The notes under the pieces are model-generated. The model had not been told where the DNA came from, did no database searches, and saw only the letters and a program-made list of their open reading frames with translations. Below, in pieces: positions 1-8,600 of a stretch of DNA of 64,000 nt; the stretch's first letter is position 1; each line of letters opens with the position of its first letter. The stretch lies in the NCBI GenBank assembly GCA_963664115.2, contig CAXWPJ010000002.1, positions 992,001-1,056,000 on the forward strand, written 5' to 3'. A program made the translations under genes and the position numbers. The stretch is from Terriglobia bacterium (lineage in GTDB: Bacteria; Acidobacteriota; Terriglobia; 20CM-2-55-15).

Positions 1-8
1 GCAACAAG

Positions 9-83
9 AACACGGATGTTCGGACGGGGCTACAGAACCTGTTTGGATCAAGGAGGATCACACTTTAAACATTCTAAGGAGGA
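9..83 (+). promoter_or_regulatory. Flagellin 5' UTR with CsrA/RsmA-type binding sites
   Basis: AACA-CGGA-TGTT hairpin at 9-20 matches the ACA(N)GGAUGU consensus; GATC-AAGGAG-GATC hairpin at 46-59; AAGGAGG Shine-Dalgarno at 76-82 also contains GGA. Confidence 0.6.
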
Positions 84-87
84 TCCC

Positions 88-916
88 ATGAGCTTTTCAT
101 GTAGTTACGAATCTTTCGTCAATTAACGCACAGGCCACTTTGGACAGCACCCAGATGGGTTTGCAGCGGACCCTGGCGCGACTGACGTCGGGGCTGCGTA
201 TCAACAGTGCAGCTGACGCCGCCGCCGGCCTCGCCGTGGCCAACCGGCACAAGTTGGACAACACCGGTCTGACAATCGGTATCCGGAGTGCGAACGATGC
301 CATCAGCAAGCTGCAGATCGAAGACGGCGCACTCAACAACATTTCTTCGTCGCTGGACCGGGCCCTGACTCTGGCCAGCCAGGCCGCATCGGACACCTTT
401 ACCGGTTCCCGGTCCACGCTGGATTCCGAGTTCCAGTCGGTTCTTTCGGAAATCACCAGAAACGCTACAGCCGCGGGTATCGAGACCGGTAACGCGAACC
501 TGAACGCACGGTCGGTTTTCGTGGGCAACACACAAACCAGCACTACGGCAACGGTCACCTACGTATCGTTCGCTCTGACCACTGCGGCCGACGCCACGGG
601 TCTGGGAGTCAACGCGGAGAGCATTACCAGTCAGGCGAATGCTGCCACCGCCATCTCAACTATTCAGACCGCAATCGGCACTCTCGGTACGGTACAGGGT
701 CGAGTGGGTGCGGCAATGAACCGATTGAGTTTCGCCATCTCTCAGGCGCAGACGATGTCGGTGAGTGTTCGGGCTTCGGAATCCCGAATCCGTGATGCCA
801 ACATTGCGGAAGAAGCGGCATCGTTGACGAAGTTCAATATCCTGACCCAGAGCGGCTTAGCCGCGCTGTCTCAGGCAAACTCGTCGTCTCAGTCCGTCCT
901 GCAATTGCTCCGTTAG
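88..916 (+). pseudogene. fliC: Flagellin, ~275 aa if repaired; +1 frameshift near nt 100 (real lesion or assembly error)
   Basis: SD then ATG at 88; removing one base at ~100 gives MSFSVVTNLSSINAQ joined to ORF 140-916 with RLTSGLRINSAAD, SRIRDANIAEE and C-terminal SQANSSSQSVLQLLR. Confidence 0.9.
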
Positions 917-1214
917 AGTGTTGTGTCGAGTTGCAGGTGTTAGAACGGCGGACTTAAGACGAGCAACCGCGCCCGACACGCAGAATCGCACGGGCCCGAG
1001 CACACGAATCCCGCGTCGGCTTTTCATGAGAGGATTCACATCCGTCTTAAACAGCCGAGGCAAATGATCAAGATTGGACTGTATGCTACGTTTGCCCTAG
1101 TTGTGAGTGCGAACCGGCTTCATATTCTGTTGGCGCCTTTCGTGTAAAGGCCGGCAATTCTGTAAGGCCTGGGACGCATTTATGATCCGGGTCATATTTT
1201 CGGGAGAGTTTTGC

Positions 1215-2225
1215 ATGACGACGAATCAGATCGGGCGAATTGACGTACACAATCACGCTGTGACTCCCGCCTACCTCGGAGCGATCCAGTCAATAGGCGG
1301 GATCATACTCACACCGGAATGGTCCGTGGATCTGGCTCTTGAATATCTCGACAACTATTCGAAATCGTCCGCCATACTCTCGATTTCCATACCAGGGGTT
1401 CACCTGGGAGACGACCGGAAGGCGCGAGTCCTCGCGCGTCGAATCAACGAAGAATTCGCCTCTTACATCTCATCGCATCCTAAGCGATTCGGGGCGTTTG
1501 CGGCCATCCCCCTGCCCGACGTGGAAGGAGCATGCCTCGAGGCAGAATATGCACTCGATACCTTGAAGCTGGACGGGGTTGGATTTTTCGCCAGCTACGA
1601 TGGCCGGTACCCGGGCTCGCCCGAATTCGATCCGATCCTGGACCTGTTGCTGAACCAGCGTTCAGCGGTAGTCTTCATCCACCCGACCAATCACCCTTCC
1701 ACAAAAATGATTCGCGAGGGTATCAGTTCCGGTATCGGCAACTTTCTCGTGGAGTTCCTGTTCGATACCACCCGCGCGGCACTGAACCTCCTTTTCTTCG
1801 ACGTCCTGGAACGGTTCCCAAACATCCGTTTCATCTTGTCCCACGGAGGCGGTACATTGCCTTATGTCGCCTGGCGTGTGGCGCACATCGCAGCCAGGAT
1901 GATGACCGAGGCCCCGTGGGATACTCAGTACCCGTCACCTTTCATGACTCGGCACGGGCAGTCGCTGACGCCTGAAATCGTTCTTACTGAGCTACGTCGA
2001 TTCTGGTACGACACGGCCATGTCTGCCGGCCGTCAAAGTTTGGGGGCCCTTAAAGAAGTCGCTGCTCCGGAGCGGATTTTGTTTGGTAGCGATTGGCCCT
2101 ATTGCCCCGAAGTCGCGACTAAGGACATGTTGGAAGCTCGCTATGACAGTCAAATGTTTAGCGACAGCGAGCAAGCGGCGATAGATCGCGGCAACGCCTT
2201 GCGTTTGTTTCCGCGATTTGCCTGA
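1215..2225 (+). CDS. Amidohydrolase family 2 (ACMSD/decarboxylase-like)
   Basis: IDVHNH, VFIHP, ILSHGGGTLP, FWYDTA and ILFGSDWP motifs; ATG 1215 after GGGAGAG preferred to ORF start 1107. Confidence 0.88.
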   Translation: MTTNQIGRIDVHNHAVTPAYLGAIQSIGGIILTPEWSVDLALEYLDNYSKSSAILSISIPGVHLGDDRKARVLARRINEEFASYISSHPKRFGAFAAIPLPDVEGACLEAEYALDTLKLDGVGFFASYDGRYPGSPEFDPILDLLLNQRSAVVFIHPTNHPSTKMIREGISSGIGNFLVEFLFDTTRAALNLLFFDVLERFPNIRFILSHGGGTLPYVAWRVAHIAARMMTEAPWDTQYPSPFMTRHGQSLTPEIVLTELRRFWYDTAMSAGRQSLGALKEVAAPERILFGSDWPYCPEVATKDMLEARYDSQMFSDSEQAAIDRGNALRLFPRFA

Positions 2226-2426
2226 GCAGTGTCATGGAACTTTCTGTCACCTCCACTAAAGGAGAGTCCAAGTCCCACTCGCCACCCACGGACAGTGATA
2301 TTCATGTGGTGCACGGAAACCCCGGTCGAGTGTCCCCGCTTTCATTTACCTGCTTTGAAGTCCCCTCCGGGTTCGATGCGGACCCGTTCGTGAATGCTGT
2401 CTCGGCTCAGGAAGTGCGTGCGTGGC

Positions 2427-3575
2427 CTACCGGGCCACGTACTTCGTGATGCCACCGCCGGCGACCGGACGCGATCCAGGACCTTCTGCGGCGTAGATGT
2501 TGCCGTCGGCGTCGACCGCCACGCCTTCGCCGGCCACGCCCTGCAACACGCGTGTGTCGTGGGCGTGTGGCGGCACGAACGCCGTCACGCGGTCCTCGCC
2601 CGCGGGACCGATCCGCACCCCGGTGCGCCATCCCGGATGGCGCTGGGCGTCGGATTCCGAATCGATCGCGTAGAGCGTGTCGTCGTCCGTGATGAACAGC
2701 CCGCTGACCCGGCTGAACTCCAGGTACGTGTCGAGCAGGTCGCCGTCCTGGCTGAAGATTTGAATCCGATGATTGCCGCGGTCGGCCACATACAGTCGAC
2801 CTTGCGAGTCGAACTCCAGCGCGTGCGGCGTGCGGAACTGGCCTGGCCTGAAACCGAGCTCGCCCCACGCCGTAATGAAGTTGCCCTCCCTGTCAAATTT
2901 CAGGATGCGCCCCGTGGAGCCCGGAGGCGGATCCGGACTCTGGCCGCTGTGTCCGTCGGCGACGAAGATGTCACCGTTCGGCGCGGTGATCACGTCGCAC
3001 GGCTCGTTAAGCTGACCCGGACCGCTGCCCGGTTGTCCCGCCGTCCCCAGGCGCAAGAGCACCTCGCCGTCCGGGCTGAACTTGATGACCTGATGCCCCT
3101 TCGTCCCGGCCTCGTTGCCTTGGGAGTCGGTAACCCAGACGTTGCCCTCCGCATCGACGTGGAGCCCATGCGGGAGCACGAACAGCCCTGCGCCAAAGCT
3201 CGTCAACATCTCGCCGGTGTCCTTGTTGACCTTGAAGATCGGATCCCGATCGGGATTCTCCTCGCAACCGCCTGCCAGCGCCAGCCCGCCGCAGCGGTCG
3301 TAGGTCCAGATATGCCCATCGGGACCGATGTCGATGCCGGCCGTCGATCCCCACTCCCGACCCTCCGGAAGCGGTGCCCAGTTCAGCATCACTTCACCCG
3401 TGGGGTTCGGTAGCTGCCGGTCGACGAAGTCACTCGAGGTCGCGGTCGACTCGGATCCTATCCCTATCTCCGGCTCAGACGGCGGATTAGGGGCGCACGC
3501 GGCCAGCATCATGGACGCCGTGGCCAGGAGCGCCACGCCGCATCGGGTGAGGAACAACCATCGCATGTCACTCAT
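2427..3575 (-). CDS. NHL-repeat beta-propeller lipoprotein, peptidyl-alpha-hydroxyglycine amidating lyase-like
   Basis: Lipobox LAAC; repeated PHGLHVD.EGNVWVTD, IFVADG, PHALEFDSQGRLYVADRGNHRIQIF. Confidence 0.82.
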   Translation of the reverse strand: MSDMRWLFLTRCGVALLATASMMLAACAPNPPSEPEIGIGSESTATSSDFVDRQLPNPTGEVMLNWAPLPEGREWGSTAGIDIGPDGHIWTYDRCGGLALAGGCEENPDRDPIFKVNKDTGEMLTSFGAGLFVLPHGLHVDAEGNVWVTDSQGNEAGTKGHQVIKFSPDGEVLLRLGTAGQPGSGPGQLNEPCDVITAPNGDIFVADGHSGQSPDPPPGSTGRILKFDREGNFITAWGELGFRPGQFRTPHALEFDSQGRLYVADRGNHRIQIFSQDGDLLDTYLEFSRVSGLFITDDDTLYAIDSESDAQRHPGWRTGVRIGPAGEDRVTAFVPPHAHDTRVLQGVAGEGVAVDADGNIYAAEGPGSRPVAGGGITKYVAR

Positions 3576-3706
3576 TTTTCTTCTCCTTCAAGTCTCGAGT
3601 CCGGCCGGACCCGGTGCACGGCGGACCGATGGGCCCGCCAGCCTTCCCTAACATCAAATCCTGAGAATTCCCGTTCGTTTCTGATTTCAATCCGCCCCCG
3701 ATTGGA

Positions 3707-5779
3707 TCAGCGCAACGCCATCGCCGCCAGACCGTTTTCGAGCTGGACGATGACGTACTGTCTTCCTTCGTGGACCCAACTCGACATGCCGTACCGAGAA
3801 ACGTCCGGTATCTCCACAGCCCCGACACGCTCCCCGGTCTGCTTGTCGATCGCGAACAAGTGCGGTGTGCCATCGCTGGTCTGGCCTGAAGCAAGGAGTA
3901 GCGTAGGCGTTGTCAACATCGCGGCCTGACCGAGGCGGCCGGGGTTCGTCGGAACATCCTCGATCCCCTGGAGCAATGGGTGATTCCGAATCAGCTCCTG
4001 TTGCTCTCGAGGCGCATCCCCGTGAGGAATCACCCAGAGATGCTCACCTGTATTCATATCGATCGCCGTGATCCGCCCGACCGGCCCCCTCCAGATTGAG
4101 AGGCCATCCAGGGTCTCCGTTCTGGGCGGGGCTTCCACGTCGATCGCTCGCGAATAGTCGGAGTGGGTAGTCCCCGTCTGCGCGGGTCCGTCCAATGGGG
4201 AGTCCGACGCCGGTGCGAGATGGATCGTGGAGCATGCGCTTTGGGAGTTGATAAAGATCACGCCCGCCACCGGATCTGCGACAGGCGGTCCGGTAATGTT
4301 CGCGCCGCCGCCCCCGCCCGGACACGCCCGGGCCGGCACTACCAGTTCCAAGTCGCCGACATAGGTCGGCGGGTCGAACAGCGGGACGAACAGGTTGTTC
4401 TCGAGCGCCACTTCCATCGCCCTGCGTTTGATCTCGGGCGTATAGTCAATGAGCTGTTCCTCGGTTCTCCCCTGGATGTCGAACGGCGCCGGTTTGGTCG
4501 GGAACGGTTGTGTACGAGAGAGCTGCTCACCGGGCACCCGGGATTGAGGTACCGGCAGTTCCTCGATGGGCCAGATCGGCTCACCGGTCTCCCGGTTGAA
4601 AGCGTAGACGAATGACTGCTTGGTGACCTGGAAGACGCCGGGGATCACACCGCCGTCGACCGCCACGTCCATCAGTATCGGCGCCGTCGGGGTGTCGTAG
4701 TTCCAGATGTCGTGGTGGACCAGCTGGAAATGCCAGGCCCGGTTACCGGTCTCGACGTCGAGGGCGATCAGGCTCGTGCCAAATAAGTTATCTCCGGGAT
4801 GGAACCCGCCATAGTAATCGATGGTGGGGCCATTCGTCGGAACGTAGACCAATCCGAGCTCCGGATCGGCCGACAGCGGCGCCCAGGAAGAGACATCGCC
4901 CGTCCACTGCCAGGCATCGTTCTCCCACGTCTCGTGTCCCAACTCACCCGGTCGCGGAATGACGTGGAACTTCCACTTGAACTGGCCGGTCCGCGCATCG
5001 AAGGCGAGGATGTCGCCGGGAACGTTCTCGATGCGGGTCTGGTTATACCCCTGCTCCGCGGAGTTCCCCACGATGACGGTGCCGTTCACAACGATGGGCG
5101 GGGAAGACGCCGTGATGTAGCCCAGCTCTAGAGGGATACCGTAGTAAGGATCGTACTCTTCGCCGTGCTCCAGCCACCGGTCCCAATCCGCGATGAGGGG
5201 TGGCAGCAGATCCACGACGCCCGTCTCCGGGAAGCCCGCCAGCGGTATCCTCGTGCCCCAGTTCTCGAGGTGCAGGCCGGTCTCGGCATCGATGGCGTGG
5301 AGGAAAAACGCGGGTGTCGCAAGAAATACGACGCCGCGGCCGTCGACCTCACCGTACGCGATTCCCTTTCCGTAACCCTTTCGCATGGAGTACTCGTAGC
5401 GCGCGGTCATCGGCTCAGAATAACTCCAGAGAAGCTCTCCCGTCTCGGGATCAAGAGCCACGACATGCCGGCGCTCGCCGGTGACCGTGATCAACTTACC
5501 GTCGACGTAGGTGGGCGTTGACCGCGGGGTGCTTGAGCCGAAACTCGCCGCGGTCCACTCCCAGACGACCTCCAGGTTCTCGAAGTTGGTGGCATCGATT
5601 TCACTCGCCTGGGTGTAGCGGGTGTGCCAGGCGTCCCCGCCGATGTAGGACCACTGCCCGTTCTCGACTCCCGGTCCCTGGGACAAGACCGCCGCAGGCG
5701 CAATAACCAGCACGCCGAGTGCCGGGATGAGCCACTTGCAGGTCACCGACCGCTGCCACCGTTTGTCCTTAATTTTCAT
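3707..5779 (-). CDS. Exported PQQ-dependent dehydrogenase (glucose/quinate-like, no membrane anchor)
   Basis: Signal peptide; PQQ propeller repeats ALDPETGELLW, AFDARTGQFKWKF, WHFQLVHHDIWNYD. Confidence 0.88.
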   Translation of the reverse strand: MKIKDKRWQRSVTCKWLIPALGVLVIAPAAVLSQGPGVENGQWSYIGGDAWHTRYTQASEIDATNFENLEVVWEWTAASFGSSTPRSTPTYVDGKLITVTGERRHVVALDPETGELLWSYSEPMTARYEYSMRKGYGKGIAYGEVDGRGVVFLATPAFFLHAIDAETGLHLENWGTRIPLAGFPETGVVDLLPPLIADWDRWLEHGEEYDPYYGIPLELGYITASSPPIVVNGTVIVGNSAEQGYNQTRIENVPGDILAFDARTGQFKWKFHVIPRPGELGHETWENDAWQWTGDVSSWAPLSADPELGLVYVPTNGPTIDYYGGFHPGDNLFGTSLIALDVETGNRAWHFQLVHHDIWNYDTPTAPILMDVAVDGGVIPGVFQVTKQSFVYAFNRETGEPIWPIEELPVPQSRVPGEQLSRTQPFPTKPAPFDIQGRTEEQLIDYTPEIKRRAMEVALENNLFVPLFDPPTYVGDLELVVPARACPGGGGGANITGPPVADPVAGVIFINSQSACSTIHLAPASDSPLDGPAQTGTTHSDYSRAIDVEAPPRTETLDGLSIWRGPVGRITAIDMNTGEHLWVIPHGDAPREQQELIRNHPLLQGIEDVPTNPGRLGQAAMLTTPTLLLASGQTSDGTPHLFAIDKQTGERVGAVEIPDVSRYGMSSWVHEGRQYVIVQLENGLAAMALR

Positions 5780-6216
5780 GTAAATCCCCCAAGGGTCGAC
5801 CCGCCTCTTTCTCGAGTTGGGCGGGGGTGACCCGGACTGGCCCGAAATGATTTCAGAATTCTCCCGCTATTCTACTCAAATAGGCTTCCGGGCCGAGAAC
5901 AGAAAAATGAGTATTTCCATGGAGCCAATGGAGCCAACGATCGCGCAGTGCGGAACCCCAGCAGGTGCGACCTATAGCGGAGTTCCATCTTAGGTCTATT
6001 GGTTGCACACGCGTTTCTACCCGATGCGGAAGCGGAATCTCAGGTCCCGCCCAATTCCCAACGACCGCGCGAGGGGGCCGCGGTTCATTCCGCCGCTCGG
6101 TCGAAGAAATGGCTGACATGACGGAGCCCCGGCTGTATCCTAATCTCGGAGCCAACGAGGCGCGGCGCCCAGCTTGTGTGTGTCGGGGAGAGACTACCGG
6201 AATAGGGAGAGGATCG

Positions 6217-6954
6217 ATGAGGTCTGCAAACGCAAATCCTTTGCGGCGTCGAGTGTTTGAGGCGGCCGCTGTCGGTGCCCTCATGTTCGTGGGGACCGGG
6301 CCGTTCGCAGCTAACGCTCAGGCTCCGAGTGCCTCTTCTGAGGTCCCCGATCTGTCCGGGATCTGGAAGCGGGCAGAACGGCGTGAGGTGCTGACTCCCT
6401 TGCGGTTGAACGCGAGGGCGGAGGCCTTGAGAGGCGTGTTGGATGAACGTGCCTATCCCAAGTACGACTGCGTGGCAGCGACGATGCCCCGTATCGTGAC
6501 CGACTCCTACAACTTTCAGATCCAACAGCAGGCTGACCGGGTGCTGTTGATGTTCGAGAAGGACGACGTTGTTCGAACGGTCTGGTTGGAAGGGTATGGC
6601 CATCCGGCGCCGAGTGTGGGCGAGTACTTTCTTCAGGGTTACTCGATTGGCCGGTACGAAGGCGCAGAGCTCGTCGTCGAGACGACCAAGTTTACCTACG
6701 ACCCGCATGGATTCAGCGACGGGTCCCCCACGATTGCGTCCTCGCAGCGGAAGACAGTGAGTGAGCGATACTGGCTCGACGAGGGTCGTCTTCGCGTCGA
6801 GGTCGTCACCGAAGATCCCCTCATGATCCTGGAGCCGAATCGATTCCGTTACGCTTGGGATCGGACAGACGAGGAATGGCTGGAGTTTGCGTGCGATATC
6901 GAGAACTCGCACACGGTGCTGCCCTTCCTGACCCCGCAATACGGCGTGCCATAG
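6217..6954 (+). CDS. Exported hypothetical protein, DUF6152 partner type
   Basis: SD GAGAGG before ATG 6217; RRRVF Tat-like signal; PDLSGIW, GYSIGRYEG..LVVETT and EFAC motifs. Confidence 0.7.
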   Translation: MRSANANPLRRRVFEAAAVGALMFVGTGPFAANAQAPSASSEVPDLSGIWKRAERREVLTPLRLNARAEALRGVLDERAYPKYDCVAATMPRIVTDSYNFQIQQQADRVLLMFEKDDVVRTVWLEGYGHPAPSVGEYFLQGYSIGRYEGAELVVETTKFTYDPHGFSDGSPTIASSQRKTVSERYWLDEGRLRVEVVTEDPLMILEPNRFRYAWDRTDEEWLEFACDIENSHTVLPFLTPQYGVP

Positions 6955-6985
6955 CCGAGGGTCCCTTTGGTGGAGCGTAAGGCGG

Positions 6986-7429
6986 ATGAGGGAGATGATG
7001 AAATCGAGTATAGCGACGTTCCTGGTAGGTGCTCTTGCGGCTGTCGGACTGCTGTTGCCGATCGATCGCGCCGATGCCCATCATTCTGCCGCGGTGTTCT
7101 TCGATCGGGATCAAATTGTGGAGATTCGTGGAGTCGTCACCCGGTGGTCGTTCTTGAACCCGCATCCGATCCTGATGGTCGAGGTGACGGACCCGGACTC
7201 TGAGAAGGTCGAATGGCTGATGCAGTTCACGAACGTGCTCAACATGAGGAGACTCGGGATCACGGACGCGACCTTCGCCACGGGCATGGAGGTGACTGTC
7301 GCTGGACCGAGAGCACTCGCGGAAGAAATATATGCGCTGAATCCCGAGCTGGTGGTGCTCCCTGATGGCACAGAAATTGTCGCAGCGCCAGGGCAGGGAG
7401 GCGAAAGGCGGGTGACGCGCCCGAACTGA
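6986..7429 (+). CDS. DUF6152-like exported protein
   Basis: Signal peptide ending ADA, mature start HHS; G.VT.W.F.NPH motif; start could be 6995 or 6998. Confidence 0.78.
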   Translation: MREMMKSSIATFLVGALAAVGLLLPIDRADAHHSAAVFFDRDQIVEIRGVVTRWSFLNPHPILMVEVTDPDSEKVEWLMQFTNVLNMRRLGITDATFATGMEVTVAGPRALAEEIYALNPELVVLPDGTEIVAAPGQGGERRVTRPN

Positions 7430-7451
7430 ATCGGGCGGGCGCCGCAACCCG

Positions 7452-7496
7452 GCTCTCAAGTCCTGACAATCCTTTTGCCGGGGGTTGAGAATTGGC
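7452..7496. repeat. REP-like palindrome, copy 1
   Basis: tctCAAGTCCTGACAA-n15-TTGAGAATTGGC, imperfect hairpin; second copy at 8423-8460. Confidence 0.55.
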
Positions 7497-7644
7497 CTAC
7501 AGCCAGGCGTTGACCTACTGATTGCTTACAAACCCCTCCCTTAGTTAGTATTCTTTACCAACTTTTTCAGGGTTCAATCAGCAACACACTAAAGCGACGG
7601 AATCTGGCACCTAACCACGGATACTTAACAATACGGAGAAAACA

Positions 7645-8283
7645 ATGAGACTTTTTCTTGCACTATCGATTATCGCAACTCTCTCTTGCTCATTGACCCT
7701 CGAGGCTCAGGACACACGGATGAGTTTTTTCGTCACAAGCGAGGGATCGGGTAACGGGGCCGACCTCGGCGGACTGGCCGGCGCAGACGCCCACTGCCAG
7801 GCACTCGCCGCGGCTGCCGGCGCAGGCAACCGGACCTGGCGCGCTTATTTGAGCACCGAAGCCGAAGGAGGCCGCGGTGAGAGCGCCCGCCAGCGTATTG
7901 GCAATGGCCCCTGGTACAACGCGCACGGCGTGCTCATTGCAGCCGATGCTGACGACCTGCACTTGTACAACCGCACCATCACAAAGGCCACTGCGGTCGA
8001 CCAAAACGGCGATCAAATCAATGGCGTTGGCGACACCCCGAATCAGCACGACCTTCTGACGGGCTCGATGGGAGACGGCATGGCGTTCTTCCCGGACGCC
8101 GACGACCACACGTGCAACAACTGGACGAGTAGCGGCGACGGCAGCGCGATGCTCGGGCACACGGACCGCTTCGGCGGGGGCAATGCCTCGTGGAACGCAG
8201 CGCACCAATCGGCTGGTTGCAGTCAGGCTCAGCTGCAGGCCACCGGCGGCGGCGGCCTGTTTCTTTGCTTCGCCACGGACTGA
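7645..8283 (+). CDS. Secreted endostatin/collagen NC10-like (lectin-like) protein
   Basis: Signal peptide; FFVTS, GDLGGLAGADAHCQ-like motif, WRAYLS, TCNNWTS, terminal LCFA. Confidence 0.78.
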   Translation: MRLFLALSIIATLSCSLTLEAQDTRMSFFVTSEGSGNGADLGGLAGADAHCQALAAAAGAGNRTWRAYLSTEAEGGRGESARQRIGNGPWYNAHGVLIAADADDLHLYNRTITKATAVDQNGDQINGVGDTPNQHDLLTGSMGDGMAFFPDADDHTCNNWTSSGDGSAMLGHTDRFGGGNASWNAAHQSAGCSQAQLQATGGGGLFLCFATD

Positions 8284-8324
8284 GTCGCGGCCGTCTTCAC
8301 GACGAAAAACTAATTTCAGGAAAC

Positions 8325-8370
8325 ACGGGAACTCGCAGTCCGTTACAGGCGGAACCGAATGCGAGTTCCC
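8325..8370 (+). terminator. GC-rich hairpin after the lectin-like gene
   Basis: CGGGAACTCGCA...TGCGAGTTCCCG 12-bp stem, followed shortly by GTTGTTTT. Confidence 0.4.
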
Positions 8371-8422
8371 GCAAGTTGTTTTCAGGGAACCCAAGCGAAG
8401 TCCTCGATACTCAGTATTTCGG

Positions 8423-8460
8423 CAAGTCCTGACAAATCTTGTCGGACCTTGAGAATTGGC
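8423..8460. repeat. REP-like palindrome, copy 2
   Basis: CAAGTCCTGACAA-atc-TTGTCGGACC-TTGAGAATTGGC. Confidence 0.55.
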
Positions 8461-8600
8461 AGGTAGCCCAGAATCATCTGAGTCCGTCGAGTCATTCCTT
8501 AAATCCAACGACTTTGAGCCGAGGCAGTGACCCGAGTTGCTGTCGAGGCAGGCAAGGTGCGTGACTCGCCTGCGTCGGGTGCGGCTCGGTTAGGTGCCTA

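Noticed and set aside
2394-3413. Long antisense ORFs here and at 11115-12344, 35053-36390, 55819-56997 and 57528-58496
   Set aside because: Shadow frames of well-supported genes in GC-rich DNA, with no family motifs
7511-7523. 13-mer TGACCTACTGATT shared with tRNA-Thr, possible att site
   Set aside because: Matches of this length are expected by chance in 64 kb; it is not the tRNA 3' end and no integrase is present
8503-8595. Hairpin bounded by ATCCAAC and GTTAGGT, possible attC
   Set aside because: Right-hand spacing is not canonical and no matching cassette start was found
7606-8598. 11-bp inverted repeat GGCACCTAACC / GGTTAGGTGCC around the lectin-like gene
   Set aside because: Short, wrong arrangement for a cassette, no target duplication
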